A program made the position numbers and the translations under genes. A stretch of 64,000 nucleotides of DNA from a phage, in the sequence record PZ445428.1, one strand, 5' to 3'. How positions within the stretch are numbered: position 1 is the first letter of the stretch; the number at the start of each line of letters is the position of its first letter. The notes under the pieces were generated by a model. It was not told the DNA's origin, ran no database searches, and saw nothing but the letters and a program-made list of their open reading frames with translations. This document shows, one piece after another, positions 10,055 to 19,375 of the stretch.

Positions 10055-10205
10055 CCATACCAGCTAAATCAGCAGATTCTTTCAGAAACGCATCTCTGTA
10101 CGCTTTTTGATTTACTGTGCCGATACTATCTTGATATTTAATGCGAGCCATTGAAAGCAAATTAAGTTTTGCTTGAATTTTGGGAAGTGTTACTGTCATT
10201 GCCAT
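10005..10205 (-). CDS. hypothetical small protein
   Basis: Start moved to ATG at 10205, 6 nt after GAGAGGA of the promoter module; overlaps the ligA start. Confidence 0.4.
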   Translation of the reverse strand: MAMTVTLPKIQAKLNLLSMARIKYQDSIGTVNQKAYRDAFLKESADLAGMVAQYNKELKMEIADDE

Positions 10206-10234
10206 AATTGATCCTCTCATCAATTTATATAAAT

Positions 10235-10263
10235 ATTATATATTAAAATTGAGCTGAAAGCAA
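10235..10263 (-). promoter_or_regulatory. sigma70 early promoter
   Basis: Reverse complement reads TTGCTTtcagctcaattttaataTATAAT then ATAAATTGATGAGAGGA. Confidence 0.6.
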
Positions 10264-10290
10264 GTACATTTATAAAGAAAAAGCCAAGAA

Positions 10291-10599
10291 CTATTCAGTC
10301 TTGGCTTTGAGTTCCTCAGCTCTTTTCTGAACTTCGGCAAGAACCTCAGATTCACTAAGGATTTGCGTAAAAGCATAGAATAGCTGTGAAGTAGTTTCTA
10401 GAGTGTACGGAAAAGAGAAGCCGGATTTCGTTGGAAACCATTCTCCAGTAATATCCTGGAGCCAATATCTAATTCCCATGTATAGATTCCCACGAAATTC
10501 AGATACTGTCAATCTTACTTGTTCACCTTCCTTTTCCCATAGAAGGATTGACTGATCATCAATGTGTCCTTCATAGTTTTGGTTTACCTGATCGCTCAT
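10291..10599 (-). CDS. hypothetical protein
   Basis: 102-aa ORF. Confidence 0.5.
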   Translation of the reverse strand: MSDQVNQNYEGHIDDQSILLWEKEGEQVRLTVSEFRGNLYMGIRYWLQDITGEWFPTKSGFSFPYTLETTSQLFYAFTQILSESEVLAEVQKRAEELKAKTE

Positions 10600-10649
10600 T
10601 TACGTTTCTCAAATAGACAAAAAGCCCCATATAGGGGCTAATTGCTTTC

Positions 10650-10946
10650 TTATCGGCCTACTGGAGAAGCACGATCTAACTCTGACTGAAGGCTCGTAAT
10701 GCGACGAACTTTCGCAACAGGAATGAAACGGAAGCTATCGTTAGTACGGGAGAAAACGAGGATCTCGTCGTCTTTATCCTTACGAATACGTTCACGTTTA
10801 ATGCGCTCTGCTAGGTATTTATCCTGAGCAGGATCAAACTCCATCGTACCCTGAAGATACGTGGTTCCTTTCTGACGCAGTTTCTCATAATGGAGATAAA
10901 ACTCACCAAATTTGTTGCATTGTGCAATGATTTCAGCTTTATTCAT
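10650..10946 (-). CDS. hypothetical protein
   Basis: 98-aa ORF. Confidence 0.5.
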   Translation of the reverse strand: MNKAEIIAQCNKFGEFYLHYEKLRQKGTTYLQGTMEFDPAQDKYLAERIKRERIRKDKDDEILVFSRTNDSFRFIPVAKVRRITSLQSELDRASPVGR

Positions 10947-10983
10947 AACTGTATTTCCTTGTGTGGTGGATTTATCTTGAGAA

Positions 10984-11394
10984 TTATTTAGTGATAGCTC
11001 GGACAGCTTCTGCCAGATGAGCAGCTGCTTTACCAGTCAGCTTGTCGATAATCGCTGAATCCAGGAAGTCTGGAGCCAGACCTGCATCAGAGAATGCAGA
11101 CAGAAGATCGGCATGAGCCTGAGCTTTAGAAGTACGAGAACCGCCAGAAGCTTTTTCTCCAGTAGATGCAGTTGATTTGGAAGCAGAGCCAGCAGCTTTC
11201 TTGATATACAGACCCGCTTTAGTCAACTTCATACGGAAGCCGTTCGGAGTTACACCGTTTTCCTGAGCGATTTCGCTAACAATTTCCATGCTAACGCCCG
11301 GACGCTCATCTTCTGGGAATTGCTCCATACGAGCAACGTAATCGGAAGACATTTTTTCGAACAGTTCATCAGTCCACTGAGTTGGAGTAGTCAT
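10984..11394 (-). CDS. hypothetical protein
   Basis: 136-aa ORF downstream of the promoter at 11453-11481. Confidence 0.5.
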   Translation of the reverse strand: MTTPTQWTDELFEKMSSDYVARMEQFPEDERPGVSMEIVSEIAQENGVTPNGFRMKLTKAGLYIKKAAGSASKSTASTGEKASGGSRTSKAQAHADLLSAFSDAGLAPDFLDSAIIDKLTGKAAAHLAEAVRAITK

Positions 11395-11452
11395 ATTTTT
11401 GAATTTCCTTAATTAAGAATTAAACAGAATAGTTCTTTCAAACTATGAGAAT

Positions 11453-11481
11453 ATTATATCAAGAATTACAGGATTAAGCAA
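11453..11481 (-). promoter_or_regulatory. sigma70 early promoter
   Basis: Reverse complement reads TTGCTTaatcctgtaattcttgaTATAAT. Confidence 0.55.
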
Positions 11482-11731
11482 CTGAAATTTTTCAGTAACT
11501 GCTACACATCAAGCTCAACGATCTCCCAATCATCGGCCAGTGCTTCTTCTAGGGTCAGCTCACACACTTCGTCACTAGGCATTAGTGACGTATCGGAGGG
11601 CATCCACACGTACTGGCGTACGGTGTTGCTATCTACGAAGAATTTCAGGATTACTGTGTAATCCTTGTTGTTTTCCCAACTAGTCCGCTGGAGATATTTT
11701 TACGTCTCTAGCTTTTAACAGATCAGTTAAT

Positions 11732-12436
11732 TTACTCGCTGCGTCTTCCTTTTTCTTTATCAAGTTTCAGGGCAGCCTTAACAGCTTCATTAACTAACGT
11801 GATTACTTCTTCACGAGTATATTTGAAACCTAAAGCCTTAACATCGACTCCCAGCTCTTGCAGATGTTTTACAGAAGCTAATTCGTAGTTCATATAATGA
11901 ACGTTCTGTTGTTTACCCTCGCTTAACAACCAAACACGATAAGCTCCTACCGGATTAGTCAATGCTTTCTTAACTTCACCGATACACTGATAGCCAGGAA
12001 CCCAAACAAGCTCACCAACTTCAAATTCTTCTGCCATTGCATCATCTGGAACCAGCGGTGGATTCAACGGATCAACGATATCATTGATACGAAGCAGAGC
12101 ACCATAACGTTCAAGGACAGATTTAACCATAGCTACAGAACGATAGTTACGATCGGCAATTTCTTCGAAAGAATCACCAGATAAATACTGTTCAATTACG
12201 TTTGCGAGCTCAACACCTTGAATTAGTGTGCCACGCTTCTTTTTCTTCATTTCCGCGACTTGAACTTGGCGATCCTGCCATTCTTCAATCATTCGTTCCA
12301 TCGTCGGGTTAGAAGAAACTCCCAGCATTTCACAAGCAGCTTTCTTCGTTCCACCGTTCTCTAGATGTTCAATAACCTTCTTGAATACATCATCGGAGAT
12401 TTCGTGGATTTGCTTTTTTCTACGAGAACCAGCCAT
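11732..12436 (-). CDS. hypothetical protein transcribed from N25-like promoter
   Basis: 234 aa beginning MAGSRRKKQ; start context matches the first gene downstream of T5 promoter N25. Confidence 0.6.
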   Translation of the reverse strand: MAGSRRKKQIHEISDDVFKKVIEHLENGGTKKAACEMLGVSSNPTMERMIEEWQDRQVQVAEMKKKKRGTLIQGVELANVIEQYLSGDSFEEIADRNYRSVAMVKSVLERYGALLRINDIVDPLNPPLVPDDAMAEEFEVGELVWVPGYQCIGEVKKALTNPVGAYRVWLLSEGKQQNVHYMNYELASVKHLQELGVDVKALGFKYTREEVITLVNEAVKAALKLDKEKGRRSE

Positions 12437-12467
12437 TTAAATACTCCTCTCTCAAATTTATGAATCT

Positions 12468-12496
12468 ATTATACAGAAAATTTTTGCAAGATGCAA
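12468..12496 (-). promoter_or_regulatory. T5 N25-like strong early promoter
   Basis: Reverse complement reads TTGCATcttgcaaaaattttctgTATAATAGATTCATAAATTTGAGAGAGAGGAG, nearly identical to the classical T5 PN25 sequence. Confidence 0.7.
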
Positions 12497-12504
12497 ATAA
12501 ATTT

Positions 12505-12738
12505 TTACGATTCCTTGAGCAAAGAAGCCAGCTCAGCATAAACTTTATCTAACTCAAATCCAACGCGAAGGGACACACGAGTCTTCCGTTGTTTCAGAAG
12601 CCATATAGATACGTTAGGGATACCAGCGAGACGAGGTGGTACAACCCTACATAACTTTTCCGCAGTGTCATATCCGGAACGTTTACTCTCTTTTACGGGG
12701 AACTTCCTTGTTTCCCATTTTTTATTCTTCGCTGTCAT
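12505..12738 (-). CDS. hypothetical basic protein
   Basis: Start moved to internal Met with GGGAG 6 nt upstream; the track start would overlap the upstream gene by 68 nt. Confidence 0.45.
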   Translation of the reverse strand: MTAKNKKWETRKFPVKESKRSGYDTAEKLCRVVPPRLAGIPNVSIWLLKQRKTRVSLRVGFELDKVYAELASLLKES

Positions 12739-15577
12739 TTCTAGCTCCCAGTTCTGCCAAAGCCTCTTCATGCATCTGACGTTCTTCATCAGTCATGAAC
12801 TTAACTGGAATCGGCATACACTCGATCTTACAGTAAGTTCTGTACCAGTCCACAATCTTTTCTGTATCCAAATCCTTTCCGATACCCATCATTCCCAAGT
12901 ACATACGAGCATACTTTGGGTTTGCACTCTGACCTGTTTTAAGGAAGAAATCTTTCTTCTTACCTTTCAGAGCTTCGATAAATGGTTTGATTGTGACATT
13001 TGAACACTTCTTAATATCTTCCCAGAACATCTCGTGCATCTTATGGAAGAATGCAGCCCGATCGTTTGGTTTATCCTTGATATACTGTTCAACATGTTCA
13101 ACTGTTACATCTTTAATAGAATCAAGATGATAGTAACGAACTAGCAGAAGTTTTGCTTCATAAGCATCAGCATGACGTGGTGCACAATAATCAGGAGTTG
13201 AGTGCAGGATAGCTTTAATTCGCTCTTCTGTGTACTCTTTGTTTGCACCTTCGATAGTCCCCCAGCTTTCACTGAAGATATCAATAGTCGCACCCTGATC
13301 AAGCAGATAATAGCGTAGAGTACTAGTATAATTCCTAGACTCCAGCTCACGACGACGTGCATAAAGTTGCTGTGCTAACTCAATCCAACCTTCGTCAATA
13401 TTATACTGCTCGGAACCCGCAGAAAATCCACTTGTAGACTTATCAATAAAGTAATAGATATTCTGAGCACCACGGTCGCGCCTGATTGCTTGAAAACGCA
13501 TGTTTGGCGCTTGGTTACTGGTTCGAGTAATAACGAATACGTTATCGAAATAGTTAAAGTCAACCCCACTCGTTACAGAGGGACTACATAATAAACAATC
13601 AATCTGCTGATCAATTAGCTCATTAGTTGTGTAATCCAGAATACGACGAATATCCACATCTGATGTGGAATTTGAGTGAATTTCTTTAACTAACGCACCA
13701 GTATTACGACGTAACGCCATACCTTTTTCGTTCAGTTCATCCGGACCACAGTCAGATACTAGGATAGATTTCTCACCCATCTCTAGAGATGTTTGTAAGG
13801 CAACCCAAATGCTGGATTCATCAGGGAACTCATAAGCATGAGCTTTTGCCAGCATTTTACGGTGATGATTATAGAACGCTACCGGTTTATCAAAGTCGAT
13901 CAGAGAGCCATAGGCTTCAATCGTTTCAGCACTAATATCACCATCAGACAGAATAACTGTTTTAGCTGTCATGAGAATATCACGAAGAACCTGAATACAT
14001 TCACGACGGTTCTTAACAACTGGAGCAAACAACAGGTCATTCATTACCGCGTCACATTCATCGATAAAGATTGTATCAATCTGACCAACAAAACTCTTGA
14101 ATTTATGGATTGAGTGAATCGTAGTTGACATACGATCAATCGCACCACGCTTGAAGTTCAGCATATCTACAGACTTATCATACTGACCAGCACTAAATTT
14201 CTTTGCGTTTGAAGATACCAGAGCACGAGTGTTTGTTACCGCGATGAAATTCCCAGGAAGAACGCCAGCATCCAGCCACTTCGTTACCGCCGTAGTTTTA
14301 CCTGTACCAAGACTTGCCTTAACAAATGTTAGGTGATCTTTTGGAGGTACAATGTTAATCTTCAGATATGGGACTTCCGCTGGAGAATCCGTATTTAACT
14401 GTTTTAGAGGAACACCTTTCAAGTTTTGTGGAATATCTCTACGACTATTGTTAACAAACGCTTTTAACGCCTGTTTACGACCGTTATTGAAGTAATCCTG
14501 AATATTACGACTATTATCTTTAGTTGCAATGTATTCAGACAAGGCAGGTTTAATCTCACGTTCTAACCACGCAAAATCAACACCATCCTCTAACGCTCGG
14601 TGATATAGTTTTGGAATAATACGCAGGTACACTCCATCCTCAGCTTCTTCTAATTCGCTGATGGTTTCCTCTACTTTTTCAGAAGCAGCCTTCTTACCTT
14701 TGATTTGATCGAGTAAAGAGTAGAACTCTTCTTTGAACTCACCCCTAGTTGTTTCATAGTCAACTAGGTTGTTTGGCAGATTTACTTTCGAACCCTTAAC
14801 ATACACAAGGCGTGGCTTATTCTCCGCTTTAAACGGATCAACTATACCATCGCTAAATAAAGGGTCGGCAAAATAGTGAAGCTGTACAGAAGAATAATAA
14901 GCTAAGTCAGCAATATCAAAACCATACTTTTGCTTACTACTATCGTTGATAGACGTAAATAAGAACTTTAACTGTCCCTGCGTCACCTTAACATTAGATT
15001 CCAGCATTAAGTGCATTCGGATACCTGATTTTAATCCAGCCGAAGACGATGCATGAGCAATAAACCCTGCATCAAGAGGAAACATATCCTCACTAATACT
15101 ATGTAACATCTTAATGATATGACGTGCCATGCCAACAAGATTAAACTTGTCGTAACCACCAGTATCCTGAATACCATCCACGTCCATTGCAATAATGTGA
15201 CTAGGATTAGAAACGTTAAAGTTTCCACGAGTACGACGGACATTATCCTTTGGAGCCAAACATTTACCACGAATAGCCACAATATGAGGATCTTGGGTTA
15301 GCCTACGCATAATAGGCAGCATTTCAGCAAGGCTTTGCGGGTCAAGCTCTTCAAGTACATCAAATTTGAAGGGCATGGAAGCTGGTTTACCTTCCGGATG
15401 CTCTTTCGAGAATCGCTTAGCAAAGGTGTAATCTTCCACTTTAATTTCTTTCCAGATGCCTGTTGCTTTATCTCTGGAAAATCCTGCATGACCTTGTAGG
15501 ATTGAGAACACAACAATACTCCTATGCTGGTTATTCGAATACTTTTCTTTAGGACTATTCAAAAAAGAATAGAACAA
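12722..15577 (-). CDS. large P-loop NTPase, helicase or replication-initiator-like
   Basis: 951 aa; Walker A LGTGKTTAV and Walker B FIDECDAV in the central region; N-terminal MDVDG segment may be primase-like. Confidence 0.65.
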   Translation of the reverse strand: MFYSFLNSPKEKYSNNQHRSIVVFSILQGHAGFSRDKATGIWKEIKVEDYTFAKRFSKEHPEGKPASMPFKFDVLEELDPQSLAEMLPIMRRLTQDPHIVAIRGKCLAPKDNVRRTRGNFNVSNPSHIIAMDVDGIQDTGGYDKFNLVGMARHIIKMLHSISEDMFPLDAGFIAHASSSAGLKSGIRMHLMLESNVKVTQGQLKFLFTSINDSSKQKYGFDIADLAYYSSVQLHYFADPLFSDGIVDPFKAENKPRLVYVKGSKVNLPNNLVDYETTRGEFKEEFYSLLDQIKGKKAASEKVEETISELEEAEDGVYLRIIPKLYHRALEDGVDFAWLEREIKPALSEYIATKDNSRNIQDYFNNGRKQALKAFVNNSRRDIPQNLKGVPLKQLNTDSPAEVPYLKINIVPPKDHLTFVKASLGTGKTTAVTKWLDAGVLPGNFIAVTNTRALVSSNAKKFSAGQYDKSVDMLNFKRGAIDRMSTTIHSIHKFKSFVGQIDTIFIDECDAVMNDLLFAPVVKNRRECIQVLRDILMTAKTVILSDGDISAETIEAYGSLIDFDKPVAFYNHHRKMLAKAHAYEFPDESSIWVALQTSLEMGEKSILVSDCGPDELNEKGMALRRNTGALVKEIHSNSTSDVDIRRILDYTTNELIDQQIDCLLCSPSVTSGVDFNYFDNVFVITRTSNQAPNMRFQAIRRDRGAQNIYYFIDKSTSGFSAGSEQYNIDEGWIELAQQLYARRRELESRNYTSTLRYYLLDQGATIDIFSESWGTIEGANKEYTEERIKAILHSTPDYCAPRHADAYEAKLLLVRYYHLDSIKDVTVEHVEQYIKDKPNDRAAFFHKMHEMFWEDIKKCSNVTIKPFIEALKGKKKDFFLKTGQSANPKYARMYLGMMGIGKDLDTEKIVDWYRTYCKIECMPIPVKFMTDEERQMHEEALAELGARNDSEE

Positions 15578-16010
15578 CTATTACTAACGTCAACACAAAT
15601 ATTAATCATCATCAAGCAGTATGGATAAGTTACCATACCTCAGTGCTGTGCTCTCTATACTCATATCCAGAATAGAAATTAGGTCTATCGGCCGCTAAGC
15701 CATTTCTATTTGTCCTCACTATCCTATTGGTAGGTGACTACTGGACGTGTTACCATTCGCAGCTCTTTTCGTTCGCACCCCCATAAAAGCCTCTCCCTAT
15801 CTAACGAAGCTAATATGCACGGTTTGGATTTACCTTTCCGAATTCAGGGTACACAGATCACTTAATTGACAACCAACTAATATCGTATAAACATTAGTAA
15901 TAGTTAAAACAACCTTTAATGGGGCAGCCGAACTGTTCCGTATTGCGGATTGTAAACAAGAAAAATTAGTAAAATCAATTTTTACTAATGTCTCTCAATT
16001 CAATATAAAT

Positions 16011-16040
16011 ATTATATCAACTTTTGGAGCATCCTGCAAG
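16011..16040 (-). promoter_or_regulatory. sigma70 promoter facing the ORF-free region 15578-16010
   Basis: Reverse complement reads TTGCAGgatgctccaaaagttgaTATAAT. Confidence 0.5.
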
Positions 16041-16130
16041 TAAAATTTTCCCGACGGTGCTATCAGTGGCCTTGAGTACGGAGAAAACCGAGCCAAAGTG
16101 ACTCGGTAATCAGGATTGTGCTAAGGAAAA

Positions 16131-16538
16131 TCAATCATCATTTAGACCTGGAACATAGATTCCAATACGGTTTAATTGATGTTTGGCTTCTTCGAGAATA
16201 TCTGGAGTGTACTCCCAAATATCATCTTCCACAAATAACAAATAAGGGGACTCACCTGTTTCGGGGTCACGTGTAATGGCGTAACCGCGTGGGTGGAACA
16301 GGGAGAAGTTTAGGGCAACAATAAGACCCATACGAGATAGCTCATTCCAGTGCATCTCAAAATCTACAGGAACATCATTTTGATCTCTACTGGTAACAAA
16401 GATTCCTAGACAAGGATCTGTCGGGTCAGTAAAGGGGAAAGTTACACTAACCTTTTCAACCCCCAACCAACGTGCAAGGAGCCCTTCAGCCCGCTCCACT
16501 AAACTAGGATCAATAAGACGCCAAGATACTTGTTCCAT
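16131..16538 (-). CDS. hypothetical protein, paralog of 16549-16977
   Basis: C-terminal half aligns with the neighbour: WNELSRMGLIVALNFSLF against WKELDYMGLVFALNYKLF, both ending IPGL/VPGL. Confidence 0.6.
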   Translation of the reverse strand: MEQVSWRLIDPSLVERAEGLLARWLGVEKVSVTFPFTDPTDPCLGIFVTSRDQNDVPVDFEMHWNELSRMGLIVALNFSLFHPRGYAITRDPETGESPYLLFVEDDIWEYTPDILEEAKHQLNRIGIYVPGLNDD

Positions 16539-16548
16539 TCTGCCTCCT

Positions 16549-16977
16549 TTAAGCAGTTAAACCAGGGATCTGATAGCCGAAATGACGCAGCTTCTGGATA
16601 CCCTCATTTATTTCTTCGGGCGAATAATGCCAGCCCTCACGTTCATTTACCTGGAAAGCCGGAGCCTCCCCATTACGATAGTTTACTATCAAACGATGTT
16701 TAATAGGCATGAACAGTTTGTAGTTCAATGCAAAAACCAATCCCATGTAGTCCAGTTCTTTCCAGTCTACAATCTCTTCTACCCCATCTTCCAACATTAC
16801 ACTGATACCAATGCAGCTAGCTTCATCAGAGTCTGAAGTAAACGCGAAAGCAATCTCATTATTCTCACACCAAATCTTGAGAGTATTAATGGCTTCCTCA
16901 AACAGATTATCCGGCAGAGAACGCCAGAAGTTGATAAGAAGTGGATTGATATTGGTTTCAAATAGGTTATTAAACAT
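16549..16977 (-). CDS. hypothetical protein, paralog of 16131-16538
   Basis: Tandem duplicate, 142 aa. Confidence 0.6.
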   Translation of the reverse strand: MFNNLFETNINPLLINFWRSLPDNLFEEAINTLKIWCENNEIAFAFTSDSDEASCIGISVMLEDGVEEIVDWKELDYMGLVFALNYKLFMPIKHRLIVNYRNGEAPAFQVNEREGWHYSPEEINEGIQKLRHFGYQIPGLTA

Positions 16978-16979
16978 AG

Positions 16980-17519
16980 CTATACCTTTAAGTTTTGAAG
17001 GGCTTTACACATTGCAAGATCAGGACTAAACTCCAGCATATAGCTGATAGCATTCAGATCCTGCATATTTATTCCAGTTCTACCATTGACAATAACTGTT
17101 GGATACTGGTACATCATAGCTCCAGCATCATCTAGGACACACCAGTGCTTGAGTTTGTACTTTTCCACAAACCGAAGAACAGAATTGCCTCTAGATAATC
17201 CACCACCAGTAAAATCAGTAGTACCAAGAAAACGATCAACCAGACCTAACGCGGTCATGATCTCAACATTCTCCACCTCGTTACGTACTGTAAACCATGA
17301 TGAAACCCCAACAATCATTATACCGGATGGTTTTAAGAAGTTCTGGAAAGCCTGTAGTAAAGGTTTGAAAACCCAGTCTCCACCAAAGAAGATCTTCTCT
17401 TCATCTGGAGCATGGTGGTGAGAGATGCTCGAATTGAGCACCCCATCAATATCCAGAAAAATAATTGGAGTATTACTTAGATCCACCGGATTTGTCCCAT
17501 TGCAGAGTTTTAGCTTCAT
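16980..17519 (-). CDS. HAD-superfamily phosphatase-like protein
   Basis: HAD motif I FLDIDGVL; motif II VGVSSW; later VLDDAG. Confidence 0.6.
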   Translation of the reverse strand: MKLKLCNGTNPVDLSNTPIIFLDIDGVLNSSISHHHAPDEEKIFFGGDWVFKPLLQAFQNFLKPSGIMIVGVSSWFTVRNEVENVEIMTALGLVDRFLGTTDFTGGGLSRGNSVLRFVEKYKLKHWCVLDDAGAMMYQYPTVIVNGRTGINMQDLNAISYMLEFSPDLAMCKALQNLKV

Positions 17520-17658
17520 CGGAGAAAGGAATATGGTAGTCTACCTTACCCTTACCAAACATAGCCGCCAAAAATACAGTATAGATAGTAATCATACCAA
17601 TCAGGTTTACAGTCCACACCAATACTTTCCAGATACCCTTAAAAATCTTCTTCACCAT
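17473..17658 (-). CDS. hypothetical small membrane protein
   Basis: 61 aa with one hydrophobic helix; overlaps the HAD gene start. Confidence 0.35.
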   Translation of the reverse strand: MVKKIFKGIWKVLVWTVNLIGMITIYTVFLAAMFGKGKVDYHIPFSDEAKTLQWDKSGGSK

Positions 17659-17821
17659 ATTCTTCCTCCTTAATCAGGAATTCTTTCCATTCTGCTGTAT
17701 CCTCATAGATAACGCAGAAATCATCACTCTTGCACGAGAAATCATCAGTAGCATATTCAAAACGGTAGCACCAACTACCATCTGGCCATACTAAAAGATC
17801 ACACATGCTTTTGCGGTGCAT
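17639..17821 (-). CDS. hypothetical small acidic protein
   Basis: 60-aa ORF overlapping neighbours by about 20 nt. Confidence 0.35.
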   Translation of the reverse strand: MHRKSMCDLLVWPDGSWCYRFEYATDDFSCKSDDFCVIYEDTAEWKEFLIKEEEYGEEDF

Positions 17822-18575
17822 AAATAGTTCCTTCCATAAAAGCCCCTACTTGGCCAATAAAGTGTTTGTTACCAAAAACTTCGGCAGCCCCAGCACGCCA
17901 TACAGTAACACCACGTTTCTCATACAAGGACTGTTCTAAGTAGTTGATAGTTGGGTTAACAACCATCATCTTAGTACCCCGTGCCACCGCAGGAAATAGT
18001 TCCCAGTTGAAGTTGATAACTTGGTTACTGCACCCAACCACGATAACCATATCATTAGCCGTAAGACTATCGAAAGTAGCGTTCATCAAAGCGTATTCAG
18101 GGGCTACTTCACCGAAGAATACAACGTTAGGCTTAGCCCAATAAAACTCATCAGGATCTATGGCAGTATAACCCACATCTAGGATATACTCTTTTCGATC
18201 TGGCAATTCCTTAATACGAACTTCTGGTAAATAACCATGAACGTGTAGAACTTCACTTTTTGGCACACCAGCCCTTTCCAGTAGATCATCCACGTTAGTA
18301 GTGATGTTCAGTACAGTCTCTGGATATCGTTGGAACCACTCCCCAATGCGGAGATGCGCAATGTTAGGTTCAACAGTCTGCAATTCCTGACGACGCTTGT
18401 TGTAGAACTCGTGGGTTTTCCAGTAGAACTGTCCACGGAAAGCATGAATATCACATACTTCTTCCAGATCGTATTCATCCCACATTGCCTTGCCACTAGC
18501 AGTATCTGTACGGAATGCACGGATACCACTATCAACACTTAAACCTGCACCACTAACAATAATTAGTCTACGCAT
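17799..18575 (-). CDS. SIR2-family (sirtuin-like) NAD-dependent protein
   Basis: N-terminal IVSGAGLSVDSGIRAFR matches the sirtuin GAGxSxxxGIPxFR NAD-binding motif. Confidence 0.65.
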   Translation of the reverse strand: MRRLIIVSGAGLSVDSGIRAFRTDTASGKAMWDEYDLEEVCDIHAFRGQFYWKTHEFYNKRRQELQTVEPNIAHLRIGEWFQRYPETVLNITTNVDDLLERAGVPKSEVLHVHGYLPEVRIKELPDRKEYILDVGYTAIDPDEFYWAKPNVVFFGEVAPEYALMNATFDSLTANDMVIVVGCSNQVINFNWELFPAVARGTKMMVVNPTINYLEQSLYEKRGVTVWRAGAAEVFGNKHFIGQVGAFMEGTIYAPQKHV

Positions 18576-18813
18576 TTTTCACCTGCTCTCGGAAATTTTG
18601 ACCAATACTATCTAATAGCTCAGCTAATTCTTTATTACCTTTTTCTACTAAGGTATTAGCAATAACTTCCAGCATAGTAGCACAAGATTCAACACCATCT
18701 TTGTAACCAGTTTCCCAGTGTTTCATTAAAACACCCTGAAACTCTTCATTGAGCTTGTTTAGGTCAATGAGGCTAACATTTTCACTTGGTAGCTTCTGAC
18801 TCGAGAATGCCAT
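18568..18813 (-). CDS. hypothetical protein
   Basis: Start moved to ATG at 18813, 9 nt after GGAGG; the upstream part of the track ORF looks non-coding. Confidence 0.45.
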   Translation of the reverse strand: MAFSSQKLPSENVSLIDLNKLNEEFQGVLMKHWETGYKDGVESCATMLEVIANTLVEKGNKELAELLDSIGQNFREQVKNA

Positions 18814-18985
18814 ACAGTTTGTCCTCCAGTTCCATAATACGATTTTCATAGGAAGCACGCAGCTTCTCGATGGATAAAGCACGAACCGTAACCTCATCTG
18901 AGTTAATCGCCAGTTGAGCGAGGTCTTCCGTTTCCATGCGGCCATTGTAAATTAAGCGATATTTAAGATGTTTTACGTTTTTCAT
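18782..18985 (-). CDS. hypothetical protein
   Basis: 67-aa ORF. Confidence 0.45.
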   Translation of the reverse strand: MKNVKHLKYRLIYNGRMETEDLAQLAINSDEVTVRALSIEKLRASYENRIMELEDKLYGILESEATK

Positions 18986-18994
18986 TCTTCTTCC

Positions 18995-19276
18995 TTAGTT
19001 CTGTACTGTAAATGCGTTTTTATCGGCATGAGCATTATAAGGATCATTCATGCGATAGATTTTCACAGCTTTAGTAGACCCTTTTGATTCTTCATAATCA
19101 ATCCAGAGCCACTTGTCTTTGCCTACATAATGTACCCGAAATTTCTTAACTTTCTTATCGTTCCACGTTGCTACAACTCTACGATAATCAAAGCCACCTA
19201 ACCAATCAAGAGCCTTACGTTCTTCACTAGGCTCTCCCAAATGTGAAACGTCCACTTTAGGAAGCAATTCGCTCAT
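18995..19276 (-). CDS. hypothetical protein
   Basis: 93 aa, downstream of the N25-like promoter at 19295-19323. Confidence 0.55.
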   Translation of the reverse strand: MSELLPKVDVSHLGEPSEERKALDWLGGFDYRRVVATWNDKKVKKFRVHYVGKDKWLWIDYEESKGSTKAVKIYRMNDPYNAHADKNAFTVQN

Positions 19277-19294
19277 AGCTTTCTCCTCTCAAAT

Positions 19295-19323
19295 TTATAA
19301 ATCTATTATACACAAATTTTTAG
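19295..19323 (-). promoter_or_regulatory. N25-like early promoter
   Basis: Reverse complement reads TTGCTTTCAGctaaaaatttgtgTATAATAGATTTATAAATTTGAGAGGAG. Confidence 0.65.
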
Positions 19324-19357
19324 CTGAAAGCAAATAAAATAAAAGCCAGGTCGACTA
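19322..19357 (-). terminator. intrinsic terminator after nrdD
   Basis: Minus-strand RNA forms AGCCAGGT...ACCTGGCT hairpin followed by TTTTATTTT. Confidence 0.6.
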
Positions 19358-19375
19358 GCAACCTGGCTGATTCAC

